23,366 nucleotides of DNA from a virus (IMGVR_UViG_3300037400_001691:64001-87366); one strand, 5' to 3'; counted from the stretch's first letter, positions 7,720 through 17,597 are shown. Made by a program: numbers and translations. The notes: a model not told the origin generated them from the letters alone.

Positions 7720-10700
7720 ACTCTTGTGAATTAACTTTAAGTGTATGGAAAACAGGTTTAAATTGAGTAAATAAAGCATTACTTCTACCTATTCCTGTCC
7801 AAATATTTTGATCTCCAAATACTGTATCCCAAACATTGGTTGCTTGATTACCGAAATATTCAAAAGCAAATGGTGTCCAATTTATAGCAGGATCTCCAAT
7901 TGAATTAATAAAGTTAAAGTCTAAGATTGAGTTTCTAACTGATTTTATAGCAATATTCATTGCAGATAATTTCAGTGCATCACCCATATCTGTTTCACTT
8001 GAATTTTTCTTTTCATCATCATAAGCACTTCCAAGAATCATTGCTAATATATTACCAACAATTAAGAACATTATTAAATCATATCCTAATTGTGTCATAT
8101 TAGAACGATAAGCATTTCGTAAGTTAGCATCTTCATTATACCATAATTCTTGCCAAGCGTTATTCCAACCATTATAATATATATTACTAGCGAAAGTATT
8201 CATTGTTGAAACAATTCCTTCTTTCCAATTTCCTTCCCAACGAACTACTTTTTCTACAGAAGCGTTTTCATCACCTTCTTTCACAGGAGGTTCATTAAAT
8301 AATATATTTCCATCCTTATCTTTTTGATAATAGTATTGAATTGTGTTTCCATTTTCATCTTTTTCAGTATATGGAACCCAACGTCCTTCAAGTTTTACAC
8401 TACCATGAGCAAGATATTGATTCTTTTTACCAGACCAGAATGTCTTAAACTGCATGAATAATGAACCCCAAAGTGTAGATTGAATCATAGATTTCTTTTC
8501 ATGTGAATAGTAACCATAAATTGTATCACTAAGTGATTTCATTGATTCTGCTTCTAAGTTAGTATAAGCACGTGGAAGTTTAGTTTTCTTTGATAAATCA
8601 AGTTTAAACTTAGTTCCATCTGGATTCATAGCATTTTCTTTTTCAAATTGTCTTGCATTAGCAATATAAACCATTTTAGCTTTTTCATATTCTTGAGGAT
8701 TAGATCTATCATCATCAAAAAATGCTTTGTATCTCTTATCTTTTGCACAGTCATATTCAATTGTTCCATCTGATTTAATTGTGTGAGCTTCATAAGCACC
8801 TTCATTAATCATTTTAGCAACGAATATTGTCATTCTATTATAATAGTCTGGACGTGAGGCAAATTTAAATAAGAAATTATTGAAATTAAATATTCCATTT
8901 TGGTCAGTCTTTATTTTATCAATATATGTATTCATATCCATATCATTGATACCATAAAGTCTGTTAAATTGCTCAATTAAAGTTGGCTTATCAGTATAAG
9001 CTTGTGGATTACATAGTTCTTTGTAAACTATTTTTGCAGCTGATAACATATTATTTAATGTAAATGCGTCAGTTCCATCTGGTTTACGAATAATTAAAGA
9101 AATGTCATTCCAAATACCTTGTATACTCTGATAGAAGAATTGAACAGGAGAGAAACCAAGAGCAAGTTTAGAAGCTGCTGCTTTAAGTTTATTTGCTATT
9201 TCATTAGCAGCTCTATATTGTTCTGGAATAATTGATTCATTTTTAATTTTACTCTTAATATATTTTTCAAGATAATCAATATCATTTTTAAATCCACCTT
9301 CAACATTTTGATTAAAACCTTGAACAGTAAGATTTATCATAGAAGCCTTAATCATTGGGAATACTTCATCAATTCTTTGTTTCATTTGATAAGCAAAAGT
9401 ATGCTTTAAGAAAAGTGTTTCCAAATTAAGTTCATAACGACCTCTTGCTAATATTTTTTCTCTTGAAATTCCTTCTCCATAATCAAATCCATTTACCATT
9501 GTAAATAGATTTTCTACATTCTTTTTAGATTCATTATATGTTCTTTGAACTTCATCACTAAATACACCTTCTAATTTAGCTTTAGCTCTTTCATAAGCTA
9601 CTTTAGGAATCCATCCTTTCATTTTATCTTTAAAAGCAGCAAGTAATCCGTCTTTAGCAGCAATTACAGATGTATCTCCCTCACAAAGTGGTATTCTAAA
9701 GTATTTATCTGGATCTCTATCAGGATCGTATCCACGATTTCCATTAATAATAGGAAGTACATACTTTAAAAATTCTCTTTCAGCATCATTTAATAAAGCA
9801 TTTGAATCATATGGATTTTTAAAATATACATCGTTATTTTTAAATTCATACATATTTTTGTATAAAGATGCTTGATTTCCTACTGTATTTTCTTGTAACC
9901 ATCCGAAATTCTTAGATTTCTTTAACTTTTCAGTTAATTCGCGCATTTTAGCAGCGGGTTCTTGTATATCAGCACGTACGTTTTGGTAAGCCTCTGTTAC
10001 AAGTTTAGTAGATAAGTTAAGAGTATCAGATTTTAAGTTACCAGGGTTATCAAGCATATTACCACTAAGTCCAAATTTGTGAACCATTAAAGTTTCACAC
10101 CATGCAGCATGGTCATGTAATTGTTGTCTAAAGTTTATACCTTTAAGTTCAGCTAAAGCAAGTGAACACATATTATATAATGCTATATGATCTCTTGCTA
10201 ATTGGTCTTGGTTTACAGTATAGTTCTTTAATGCTCCTTCTTTATCAGTAGTTTCAAGTTGTTTCATAAGCTTTTGAATAGCATCTATTTTATCATCAAT
10301 AGAAGTATCACTTTCAACTGCTGTATCAAGCATATTTTTACAAGTCTTAAAGTCTCTATATTTTGGATATGGATCTTCTTCATCCTTTGTCATAATATCA
10401 GAAAGTTTAGTTCTTGCAAGTTGAACTTTAGCACCCATTTTAATTTTACCATTTCTAAAGTTATTTCCAACTTTAATTTTAACATTACTTACTTGTTCAA
10501 TTTCATTAAATGTATCAAGTAATTCTTTATTAGATGCTGCTTGAATACCTTCACCTAGCATAGGGTCTGCTACTAATATTTCTCCAATATAAGCTTGATC
10601 TCTTTGAATAAGAGTATCAAGTTGATTAATTGCAAGCATAGTTTCCATTAACTCAATGTTACCATAAGTTGCTTGCATCATCATAGAGTCTGGGTTAGAT

Positions 10701-12520
10701 TGGAAATATAAGTCAGATTTAAAAGCTCCTCCTAATGTAGTGTGTTTATCACTACCAAAATTATATTGTCTTTTTAAATTTTGAGAAGAAATTTTAATAA
10801 AATTATATTGTCTATTCTTTGCATTGAATAGTGTAACAATACCAAGTGCTTCTAAAGGTTTAAATTGTTCTCCTGTACAAACTTCCCAGTTTTTATTACA
10901 ATAAGGAGCAACCATTCTTGCAAACCATGCTTGTCCACCTTTATCAGCAAATTCAACTCCTTCTGGAGATCCGTGTGCAATAGCAGTTTTAATACGTTCT
11001 TTAATTGTAGCTGTAAATCTTTCACGGAATTTAGGTCTATCTTGTAACCATTTAAGAACTTTTTTAACAAGTTCATCTTCTGCATTTGGTTCAGAAGCAT
11101 CAACAGTTATTGGTTTACTTGTAGAACCTTTTGGTTTAAATACGAGTTTACCTGTTTCATCAGGTTCAAAAGCATTATTATCTTCACAGATTTTCTTAGC
11201 ATCCTCATATTCATATGTTTTATATTGTGCATATCCAGGAAACCATGTACCAATAGTATCTTGAATATTACTTAAAAAGTCTTCTGTTGATAAATTAAGT
11301 TGATATTGATAATCAACAATTTGTGCAAGTTTTTCTTGTGTATTTTGATTGTTTACTTCAACACTTATATCTTTAATTATTCCAGATGGACTAACTTGGA
11401 ATCCTGTATAAGTATATTTATCATCAAAATATTGAAAGTCAGCAATTTGAATTGGAATAATATTAAATGATGTATCAGTAATTCTTAATCCAGCTTTAGC
11501 TAATAAGTTACCATAAGTACCAATTTGGTATCTATATGCTAATTTTTTAGAGTCGTTAAATTCTTCATATGGATGAACAGATGTTTTATAATCGACAATG
11601 TGTGGAAATCCTTCTCCATCAATAACAAGTAAGTCAATAATACCCATTAAAGTATCAATTCCTTTTTCATTAGGATTTACAACTTTACCTGTTATTTTAA
11701 ATTCTGGAAAAAATATAGGAGTACCTTTACTACCAAATTTATCCATAACAGATTGTTCAATTTTAGTACATTGTTGAAGAGCTTGTGTCAATTGAGAGTC
11801 ATCCATTAAATCTGTAAATTTAACAGTATCTCCTTTTTTATTTTTATATGTAAGTTTAGATAATTCAGATTTCATTACATCTAAAAATGAAGGATCTGTT
11901 TTTAATATATCCTTATAATAAATGTAGTTTCCATCTGCATCTAATTTATCAGTACCTCCTTCTTGAACTCTTGTAAAATATAATTCAAGTACAGAGTGCA
12001 TAGCATCACCAAATAATGCTTGATGATCCCATTTTGTTTTTATAGTATCTTTTAAAAATTCTTGTTGTGCTAAAGTATAACATTTAGGCATATTATTTAC
12101 ATCCCAGCCTAAAACTTCTGAAAATACTTTCTTTTCATCGTCAGTATAATTTCCTTCAGCCCAATCACCGAAACGACCTTTCCAATAGTTATCTTCTCTA
12201 AATTCTGGGAATAGAAGTCTTCCATCTAATTCAAATCCAGATAAGAAACTATTTACACCTTGATATGGTGCTCTAAATTCATAAGAATCTCGTTCATCAG
12301 AAAGTATTCTATGATTTCGAGCATAATCATATTCAGCTTCTAATCTTGTAGCTTCGTCTGTTACCTTTTTTAAAGTATCTAAAGCTACTGCTTGATGAGT
12401 TGATATTTGGAATACAATATCACCCAGTTCTTTTCTTAAATAATTTTTTGCTAATAAAAAATCATCTAATTCAATTTCAGAATTAAATTGATGTCCGTCT
12501 AATAAATATACACAACTCAT
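7718..12520 (-). CDS. Large (1600 aa) putative virion-cargo protein with N-terminal PD-(D/E)xK (RecB-like) nuclease domain and a C-terminal hydrophobic helix
   Basis: Motifs FGDAMH, FPEFKI, GIIDLLVID, IVDYKTS, YQIGTY. Hydrophobic LIMFLIVGNILAMILGSA near the C-terminus. ATG at 12520 overlaps the upstream TGA (ATGA), so it is preferred over the TTG at 12526. Virion localisation is inferred from crAss-like gene context. Confidence 0.8.
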   Translation of the reverse strand: MSCVYLLDGHQFNSEIELDDFLLAKNYLRKELGDIVFQISTHQAVALDTLKKVTDEATRLEAEYDYARNHRILSDERDSYEFRAPYQGVNSFLSGFELDGRLLFPEFREDNYWKGRFGDWAEGNYTDDEKKVFSEVLGWDVNNMPKCYTLAQQEFLKDTIKTKWDHQALFGDAMHSVLELYFTRVQEGGTDKLDADGNYIYYKDILKTDPSFLDVMKSELSKLTYKNKKGDTVKFTDLMDDSQLTQALQQCTKIEQSVMDKFGSKGTPIFFPEFKITGKVVNPNEKGIDTLMGIIDLLVIDGEGFPHIVDYKTSVHPYEEFNDSKKLAYRYQIGTYGNLLAKAGLRITDTSFNIIPIQIADFQYFDDKYTYTGFQVSPSGIIKDISVEVNNQNTQEKLAQIVDYQYQLNLSTEDFLSNIQDTIGTWFPGYAQYKTYEYEDAKKICEDNNAFEPDETGKLVFKPKGSTSKPITVDASEPNAEDELVKKVLKWLQDRPKFRERFTATIKERIKTAIAHGSPEGVEFADKGGQAWFARMVAPYCNKNWEVCTGEQFKPLEALGIVTLFNAKNRQYNFIKISSQNLKRQYNFGSDKHTTLGGAFKSDLYFQSNPDSMMMQATYGNIELMETMLAINQLDTLIQRDQAYIGEILVADPMLGEGIQAASNKELLDTFNEIEQVSNVKIKVGNNFRNGKIKMGAKVQLARTKLSDIMTKDEEDPYPKYRDFKTCKNMLDTAVESDTSIDDKIDAIQKLMKQLETTDKEGALKNYTVNQDQLARDHIALYNMCSLALAELKGINFRQQLHDHAAWCETLMVHKFGLSGNMLDNPGNLKSDTLNLSTKLVTEAYQNVRADIQEPAAKMRELTEKLKKSKNFGWLQENTVGNQASLYKNMYEFKNNDVYFKNPYDSNALLNDAEREFLKYVLPIINGNRGYDPDRDPDKYFRIPLCEGDTSVIAAKDGLLAAFKDKMKGWIPKVAYERAKAKLEGVFSDEVQRTYNESKKNVENLFTMVNGFDYGEGISREKILARGRYELNLETLFLKHTFAYQMKQRIDEVFPMIKASMINLTVQGFNQNVEGGFKNDIDYLEKYIKSKIKNESIIPEQYRAANEIANKLKAAASKLALGFSPVQFFYQSIQGIWNDISLIIRKPDGTDAFTLNNMLSAAKIVYKELCNPQAYTDKPTLIEQFNRLYGINDMDMNTYIDKIKTDQNGIFNFNNFLFKFASRPDYYNRMTIFVAKMINEGAYEAHTIKSDGTIEYDCAKDKRYKAFFDDDRSNPQEYEKAKMVYIANARQFEKENAMNPDGTKFKLDLSKKTKLPRAYTNLEAESMKSLSDTIYGYYSHEKKSMIQSTLWGSLFMQFKTFWSGKKNQYLAHGSVKLEGRWVPYTEKDENGNTIQYYYQKDKDGNILFNEPPVKEGDENASVEKVVRWEGNWKEGIVSTMNTFASNIYYNGWNNAWQELWYNEDANLRNAYRSNMTQLGYDLIMFLIVGNILAMILGSAYDDEKKNSSETDMGDALKLSAMNIAIKSVRNSILDFNFINSIGDPAINWTPFAFEYFGNQATNVWDTVFGDQNIWTGIGRSNALFTQFKPVFHTLKVNSQE

Positions 12521-13575
12521 GAGCAAAATTCTTCTAGTCTATGTTCTCTCATTAATGCTGCTTTAGTATTCATTTCAATACGATGTAAAGTATTATCATC
12601 AAGAGAACCTTTAAAATTATTAGTAAGTATTGAAGATTTAACTTTTTTAGCTAGATCTCTAAGTGTCATATTTCCTAATTCTGTTTTATTAACATTATTA
12701 ACACTAAATTGTCCCATAAGAACAGAATCAAAAACACGAGTTAAATCATAAAATAAATTATATTTTGTAGATTCATCTAAATCATCAAATTTAGAAGGAA
12801 ATCCGGTTAAATATTTAGAAAATTCTTCAACTAATATCTCTTCATTAATATCGTTTCTTGTTCTATCTGCAAACTACTTTATCATAAGTGGATAATCTTC
12901 AAAATTATTTACTTGTGATAATAAAGATTGATATAACTTTGGATTAGTAAATCTAATTGAACCAAGAAATAAATGCATCATTTCATGTAAAGGTGCATCT
13001 ATATCAGCAACCTCTGTATTGATATAAATATTACCATTATATACAAATGCAGATGTATGTTTTGCGTCTGGTACTTTATCTTTCCATTCTTCAGACATAA
13101 GTTCAGATGTACTAATTGGAATTATTCCAACCCCGTATAATCTTGCTAATTTATTAATAGTTTGATTTAATAAAACTGTACTATTTACATTTTTATCAAA
13201 TTCTACTATGTCTTTATACTCATTATAAAATCTAGAAGGTCTATGTTCTATTTCAACATGAGCTGTTGTTTTTAAAGGAATAAGAGTCACTTCTAAATCT
13301 CTATAATCGTTGTTAAGTACAACATTCGCCTCTTCTATAGATTTTGTTCCTGTAGCTCTTAAAATTTGATCGATATTTGCAGAAGTATCAGTCATTTCAA
13401 GAGATTCTTTAAGGTCTGGTTCTGAATTACTTTCGGCTAATTCATCAACATAAGGAAATCTATCATATTTATCTAAGAAAGGTCTACATTGTGCTAATAA
13501 TTCAAAATCAGAGAGTCCAGACTTCTTTTTCAAAGTCTGGTACTCTACTGAATTAATATTTATACATGATGCCAT
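12517..13575 (-). CDS. Zincin-like metalloprotease domain protein, 352 aa if the in-frame TAG (12874-12876) is read through
   Basis: GNIYIN...APLHEMMH (HExxH, residues 197-201). After the TAG the same frame stays open for 118 codons (FADRTRNDINEEILVEEF...EEFCS) and ends in a TGA overlapping the next ATG. This joins track ORFs 12874..13575 and 12517..12717. Confidence 0.8.
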
Positions 13576-13577
13576 AT

Positions 13578-16500
13578 TTAGTTACATTCACCTTTTTCTT
13601 GGCTAATTGCTTGATTTAAATATTTTTCATAAAGATCTAAATTATAATCTTCTTTCATATCTACTGTATGCTTAGGCATTGTTTTTAATTTTGGATATTT
13701 GCTTATTAAGTCATTAAATCCTTTAATATTAAATACATTACCTTGTTTATCAAAAGTTATATCTGTAAATGTACCATCTTCTAATTTCATTTTATAAGTA
13801 ACCAATGTAATTCCATTTTTAATTTCATCATAACTCATAAAATAATTATTGATGTCTTTATTTCGTAAATCGTCGTTTTCTTGTTTTACATATTCATTTT
13901 TAGCATTGTTATCACTTAAAACACGATGATAAGCAGCATCCGAATCCATTCCATCAAAATCCATATAATATTGTATGTCATCACGGAATTTAGCTTTTGT
14001 TGCTTTTACCCAAATTTCTGTAATCATTAATTCTGGATCGTGAGCATAAATTTTATCAGCCGTAGCTTCATATGGACTTTGGTTTCTTAAAATGTAAGGA
14101 TATAACTTATCTTCTTCAAATGGAATTTCTTCATTAAAACTAGATTCGTATTTATGAAATTCAGAAAGACTTAAACCATCTTTATCATGGAAATTCTCAA
14201 ATATTGGCATTAAAGATTGTTGTCCTTGTTTACCATAGTGAGCAATTAATCCATAATAATAGAATAAATCTATAAGTGGAATTTCTTTATCACCTAATAG
14301 ATAAGTAGCTGTAGATAACTTATTAAACTCAGATTTATACATATTAAAGATGTTTCTTTCTTCATCAGTAGAAGGAAGCATATTAATAGGAAGAGTATAA
14401 TAAATTATAGGATTGTGTGTAATTGTATTAGTTAATAATGCTGTTGATAAATCTTTAATAAACTTATTATTTTTAATACGAGAGGAGGTTCTTTCCTTAC
14501 TTCCCATATTTCCTTCACTTTGTAGTTTAGGAATAATTTCATTTTCCATTAAATATTTAAATGCAGCATCACCCTCTGTTGTTCCTAATCTTATTACACC
14601 TCCATCTTTTGATACTTTCTTTCCTAAAATAGTAGGAATTCCCTTAGGAATTTCTAATACAAATCTATCAGGATTATCAAGCATCCAAGACTTTCTTATG
14701 TAATCAGAATAGTAATTACTTAATCCTTTAAACAGATAACGCTTATCTTTACTTGAAGTTATACCTAATGAAGCGATTAATTCTGAACCTTTCTTATAAG
14801 TTTCTTCAAATCTCTTATTAGTATTTCTACAAGTTTCAAAAGCAACTGCTAATGATTGTAAATATCCATCAAAATGAGGTACAGAGCCAACAGCATCTAA
14901 AATATTAATAGTATGCTTTACTCTATCGTAAGCTTCAATTTGTTCTTCTCTATAATCCTTATCAAAACAGAATCTAACAATATCTATTTTATCTGGTTTT
15001 GGAGATTTAATTTCTGGATATTTAAAATCTTCTATATTTCCACGAACAGCTTTATTTAATTCTTTTCTATAATATTTTCTATCTATAACTTGTTGTCTAT
15101 CTTTAACAAGATCGGCAATTCCCATAACTTTTTGAAGAACCTCTTCTGATTTTGTTACAAGACCTTTATTAAGTCCGTATAATTGACCTAAGATCTTCAT
15201 TTCAGAAGCACCCTCATATAAAGTTTTTAGAGATTCGTAAATTTTATAGTTTTCGCTATTTGTATCTTTAATAAGATCTACTTGTCTTACATACTCTTTT
15301 AAAACTTCAATTAATTGATTGTAACGTTGTAAATCTTCAGTAGCAACTTTTTCATTAATTTTCTTTTTAGTTAAAGAAATATAACTAAAACTATTTTTTA
15401 AATCATCAAGATGTTTTAATTTAGTTTCTAAATCTACATTACTCCAAGCAAACTTAGTCATTATAAGTGAAGGAGACAACTTTTTCTCAAGTAATTTGTA
15501 CTCTTTAGCGTCAAATAATCTTCTTGATAGAACTTTAACGTAACTTTCACAAGGTTCATTATTAATAAATATGTTTTCATCATATTTAGCAATTAAGTCT
15601 TTTGGACCTGTTTCTAAATAATCAAAAACTTTATCTATTGAGAATACACCTTTAGTATTAGTAAATACATTACTCTTAGTAAGATCGTTTAAAAGTAAAC
15701 CAATATCAGAAGTCATTAATTTTACTATTGAATTAATATCCATTCCGATAGAAGTTCCATAAACGTACATACCTAAAGTTTTAATACCAGCATTTAATTT
15801 ACTTAACTGTAACTCTTTAGCGTTATCAGTTGCAAGTGAAAGTAAAGCTGAAAGGATAAGAGCTGCATCAGTATCATTATCAATTTTTGCTAATTCTGTT
15901 TCACTAAATCCAGCTTGTAACATTGGATTTAAATTAGACCAATACTCAAAATGCTTATAGCCTAATCCAGGTATATACATTGTAACAGGATTATATTTAC
16001 CTCTAGAGTCATAGAATCCTAATTTTAAACGTTGTTTTTGTTTATCAGTACCATAATTTATAATATAGTTTTGATAAGTAGTTGTTCCGAAATAACTTTT
16101 CATACCTACTGCACAAATACTAATACCATCTTTACCAACTTGGTTATCTTCAATAGATTCTGCCTTGTTAACAAAGTTACCAGGTGTACGTTCATCAATA
16201 AGTTTACTTACTTTGAAGTTTTTAGTTAAACTCTTAATAGGACCAGTCATAGCATCTACTGAACTACCTGCTTGAATAAGGTTAGCAGGAGTATCAATAA
16301 TTTTATACATATCGTACATTGATTGGTTTTTACCAATAGCTAACAATGTAGATTGTGATAGTCCGTTAAGATATTCATTATGTAAGTTTACTATATCAGC
16401 AATAGCTTGATCAAGTCTAAAACCATCTGTAGTAGTTACAGGATTATCTAAAACTAAACCTTGTGCTATATTTTTATTATCTTGTTCACTAAGTTCATAT

Positions 16501-16844
16501 AATCCATTTTGGTTTACATACTTTATAAACTCAGCAAGAAGTTTTAAATTAGTAGGTTCTTTTAATATAAGATGGATTTTTTTTCCATTTCTTACATCAA
16601 ATAATGCTCCAAATTTTGCAAATATTTCACGATATTGTGCTTTCGCTTTACTATCATGTACTTTAACAACTTCTGGATCAGCAGAATCACGTTTTATCAT
16701 TTCAACAGGTTTACCTATAGGGAAAGGTAAGCTCATTGAATCGTTCATGTTTTGCATATTCGTAATATCTGCATAAGGAGACCATAACTTTAATCGACCA
16801 CTGTTATCTATATCATAAGCTGCTATAGATACAGCATCAATATC
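13578..16844 (-). CDS. Giant phage RNA polymerase, exon 2 (1088 aa, begins DIDAVSIAAY)
   Basis: The frame is open 29 codons upstream of the track ATG (16757), back to the intron terminal G at 16845. Joining to exon 1 restores GSDY-DID. Confidence 0.88.
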   Translation of the reverse strand, partial: DIDAVSIAAYDIDNSGRLKLWSPYADITNMQNMNDSMSLPFPIGKPVEMIKRDSADPEVVKVHDSKAKAQYREIFAKFGALFDVRNGKKIHLILKEPTNLKLLAEFIKYVNQNGLYELSEQDNKNIAQGLVLDNPVTTTDGFRLDQAIADIVNLHNEYLNGLSQSTLLAIGKNQSMYDMYKIIDTPANLIQAGSSVDAMTGPIKSLTKNFKVSKLIDERTPGNFVNKAESIEDNQVGKDGISICAVGMKSYFGTTTYQNYIINYGTDKQKQRLKLGFYDSRGKYNPVTMYIPGLGYKHFEYWSNLNPMLQAGFSETELAKIDNDTDAALILSALLSLATDNAKELQLSKLNAGIKTLGMYVYGTSIGMDINSIVKLMTSDIGLLLNDLTKSNVFTNTKGVFSIDKVFDYLETGPKDLIAKYDENIFINNEPCESYVKVLSRRLFDAKEYKLLEKKLSPSLIMTKFAWSNVDLETKLKHLDDLKNSFSYISLTKKKINEKVATEDLQRYNQLIEVLKEYVRQVDLIKDTNSENYKIYESLKTLYEGASEMKILGQLYGLNKGLVTKSEEVLQKVMGIADLVKDRQQVIDRKYYRKELNKAVRGNIEDFKYPEIKSPKPDKIDIVRFCFDKDYREEQIEAYDRVKHTINILDAVGSVPHFDGYLQSLAVAFETCRNTNKRFEETYKKGSELIASLGITSSKDKRYLFKGLSNYYSDYIRKSWMLDNPDRFVLEIPKGIPTILGKKVSKDGGVIRLGTTEGDAAFKYLMENEIIPKLQSEGNMGSKERTSSRIKNNKFIKDLSTALLTNTITHNPIIYYTLPINMLPSTDEERNIFNMYKSEFNKLSTATYLLGDKEIPLIDLFYYYGLIAHYGKQGQQSLMPIFENFHDKDGLSLSEFHKYESSFNEEIPFEEDKLYPYILRNQSPYEATADKIYAHDPELMITEIWVKATKAKFRDDIQYYMDFDGMDSDAAYHRVLSDNNAKNEYVKQENDDLRNKDINNYFMSYDEIKNGITLVTYKMKLEDGTFTDITFDKQGNVFNIKGFNDLISKYPKLKTMPKHTVDMKEDYNLDLYEKYLNQAISQEKGECN

Positions 16845-16892
16845 CGTTTACCATATATCTTTCAATATATGACTGACTATATCTTCATATAA

Positions 16893-17597
16893 TTAATTTC
16901 CAATTATATGTCTCGCGCTTCGAAAGTTATCAGTTTTCTGATAAGCAATAAATTCTTCTTTTGTAAAATTATCTCTAATTTTATATAATAAAGATGGAAC
17001 TTGTTCTATATATGGTTTAATTATATTTACGAAATTTGTACAATCTTGTTCAGATGATGTTGCTAAAGAATATGTATTTTTTCCTTCTTTAAAAGGTCTA
17101 AAATTAATATTCCAAATTTCTTTAAAATATGCAATCATCATATTAATTGTTTCTTCATCTACACAAGTAGCAATTTTACAAGTATGTTGTATAGAACTAC
17201 GTTGAATAGAAGTATTAACATTAATACATCCATCATCCATGTACCATATAGCTAATCCTAATGGGTTTAACCAATTTAATAAATTTCTAGTAAAAGTTTT
17301 CTTTGGTTTATAAACACTTCTTCTTAATGCTTTAATTGTAGGATTTGTTTTTATTCTAACATATAAAACTTTATTTCCTAAATTATATCCACATTTAGAT
17401 ATATATTCTTTTAAACCACCGTGTTCAAACCCATATTTTTCTAATAATTTAATTTTCCATTCTAAAAATTCTCTTTGAGATTCTGAATGCGATAATTTAT
17501 AATCTGGATGATTTGTAATTGTTCCATCTCCAATTAACATTGAAATTAATAGAGATTTTTGTTCTTTAGTAAGTTTTCTTTTAATTTTTCTTGCCAT
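16893..17597 (-). CDS. Intron-encoded LAGLIDADG homing endonuclease (two-motif, single chain), 234 aa
   Basis: Motif 1 LLISMLIGDGTI, motif 2 LAIWYMDDGCI, typical SHSESQREFLEWK segment. Confidence 0.9.
   Translation of the reverse strand: MARKIKRKLTKEQKSLLISMLIGDGTITNHPDYKLSHSESQREFLEWKIKLLEKYGFEHGGLKEYISKCGYNLGNKVLYVRIKTNPTIKALRRSVYKPKKTFTRNLLNWLNPLGLAIWYMDDGCINVNTSIQRSSIQHTCKIATCVDEETINMMIAYFKEIWNINFRPFKEGKNTYSLATSSEQDCTNFVNIIKPYIEQVPSLLYKIRDNFTKEEFIAYQKTDNFRSARHIIGN

Noticed and set aside
11500-12020. Cas4 / CRISPR-associated nuclease
   Set aside because: No Fe-S cysteine cluster pattern around the domain, no cas genes and no repeat-spacer array seen. The motifs are generic PD-(D/E)xK.
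12517-12876. Independent 66-aa gene at 12517..12717 with a non-coding gap above it
   Set aside because: The gap is open in the same frame as the upstream protease and encodes its likely third metal ligand.
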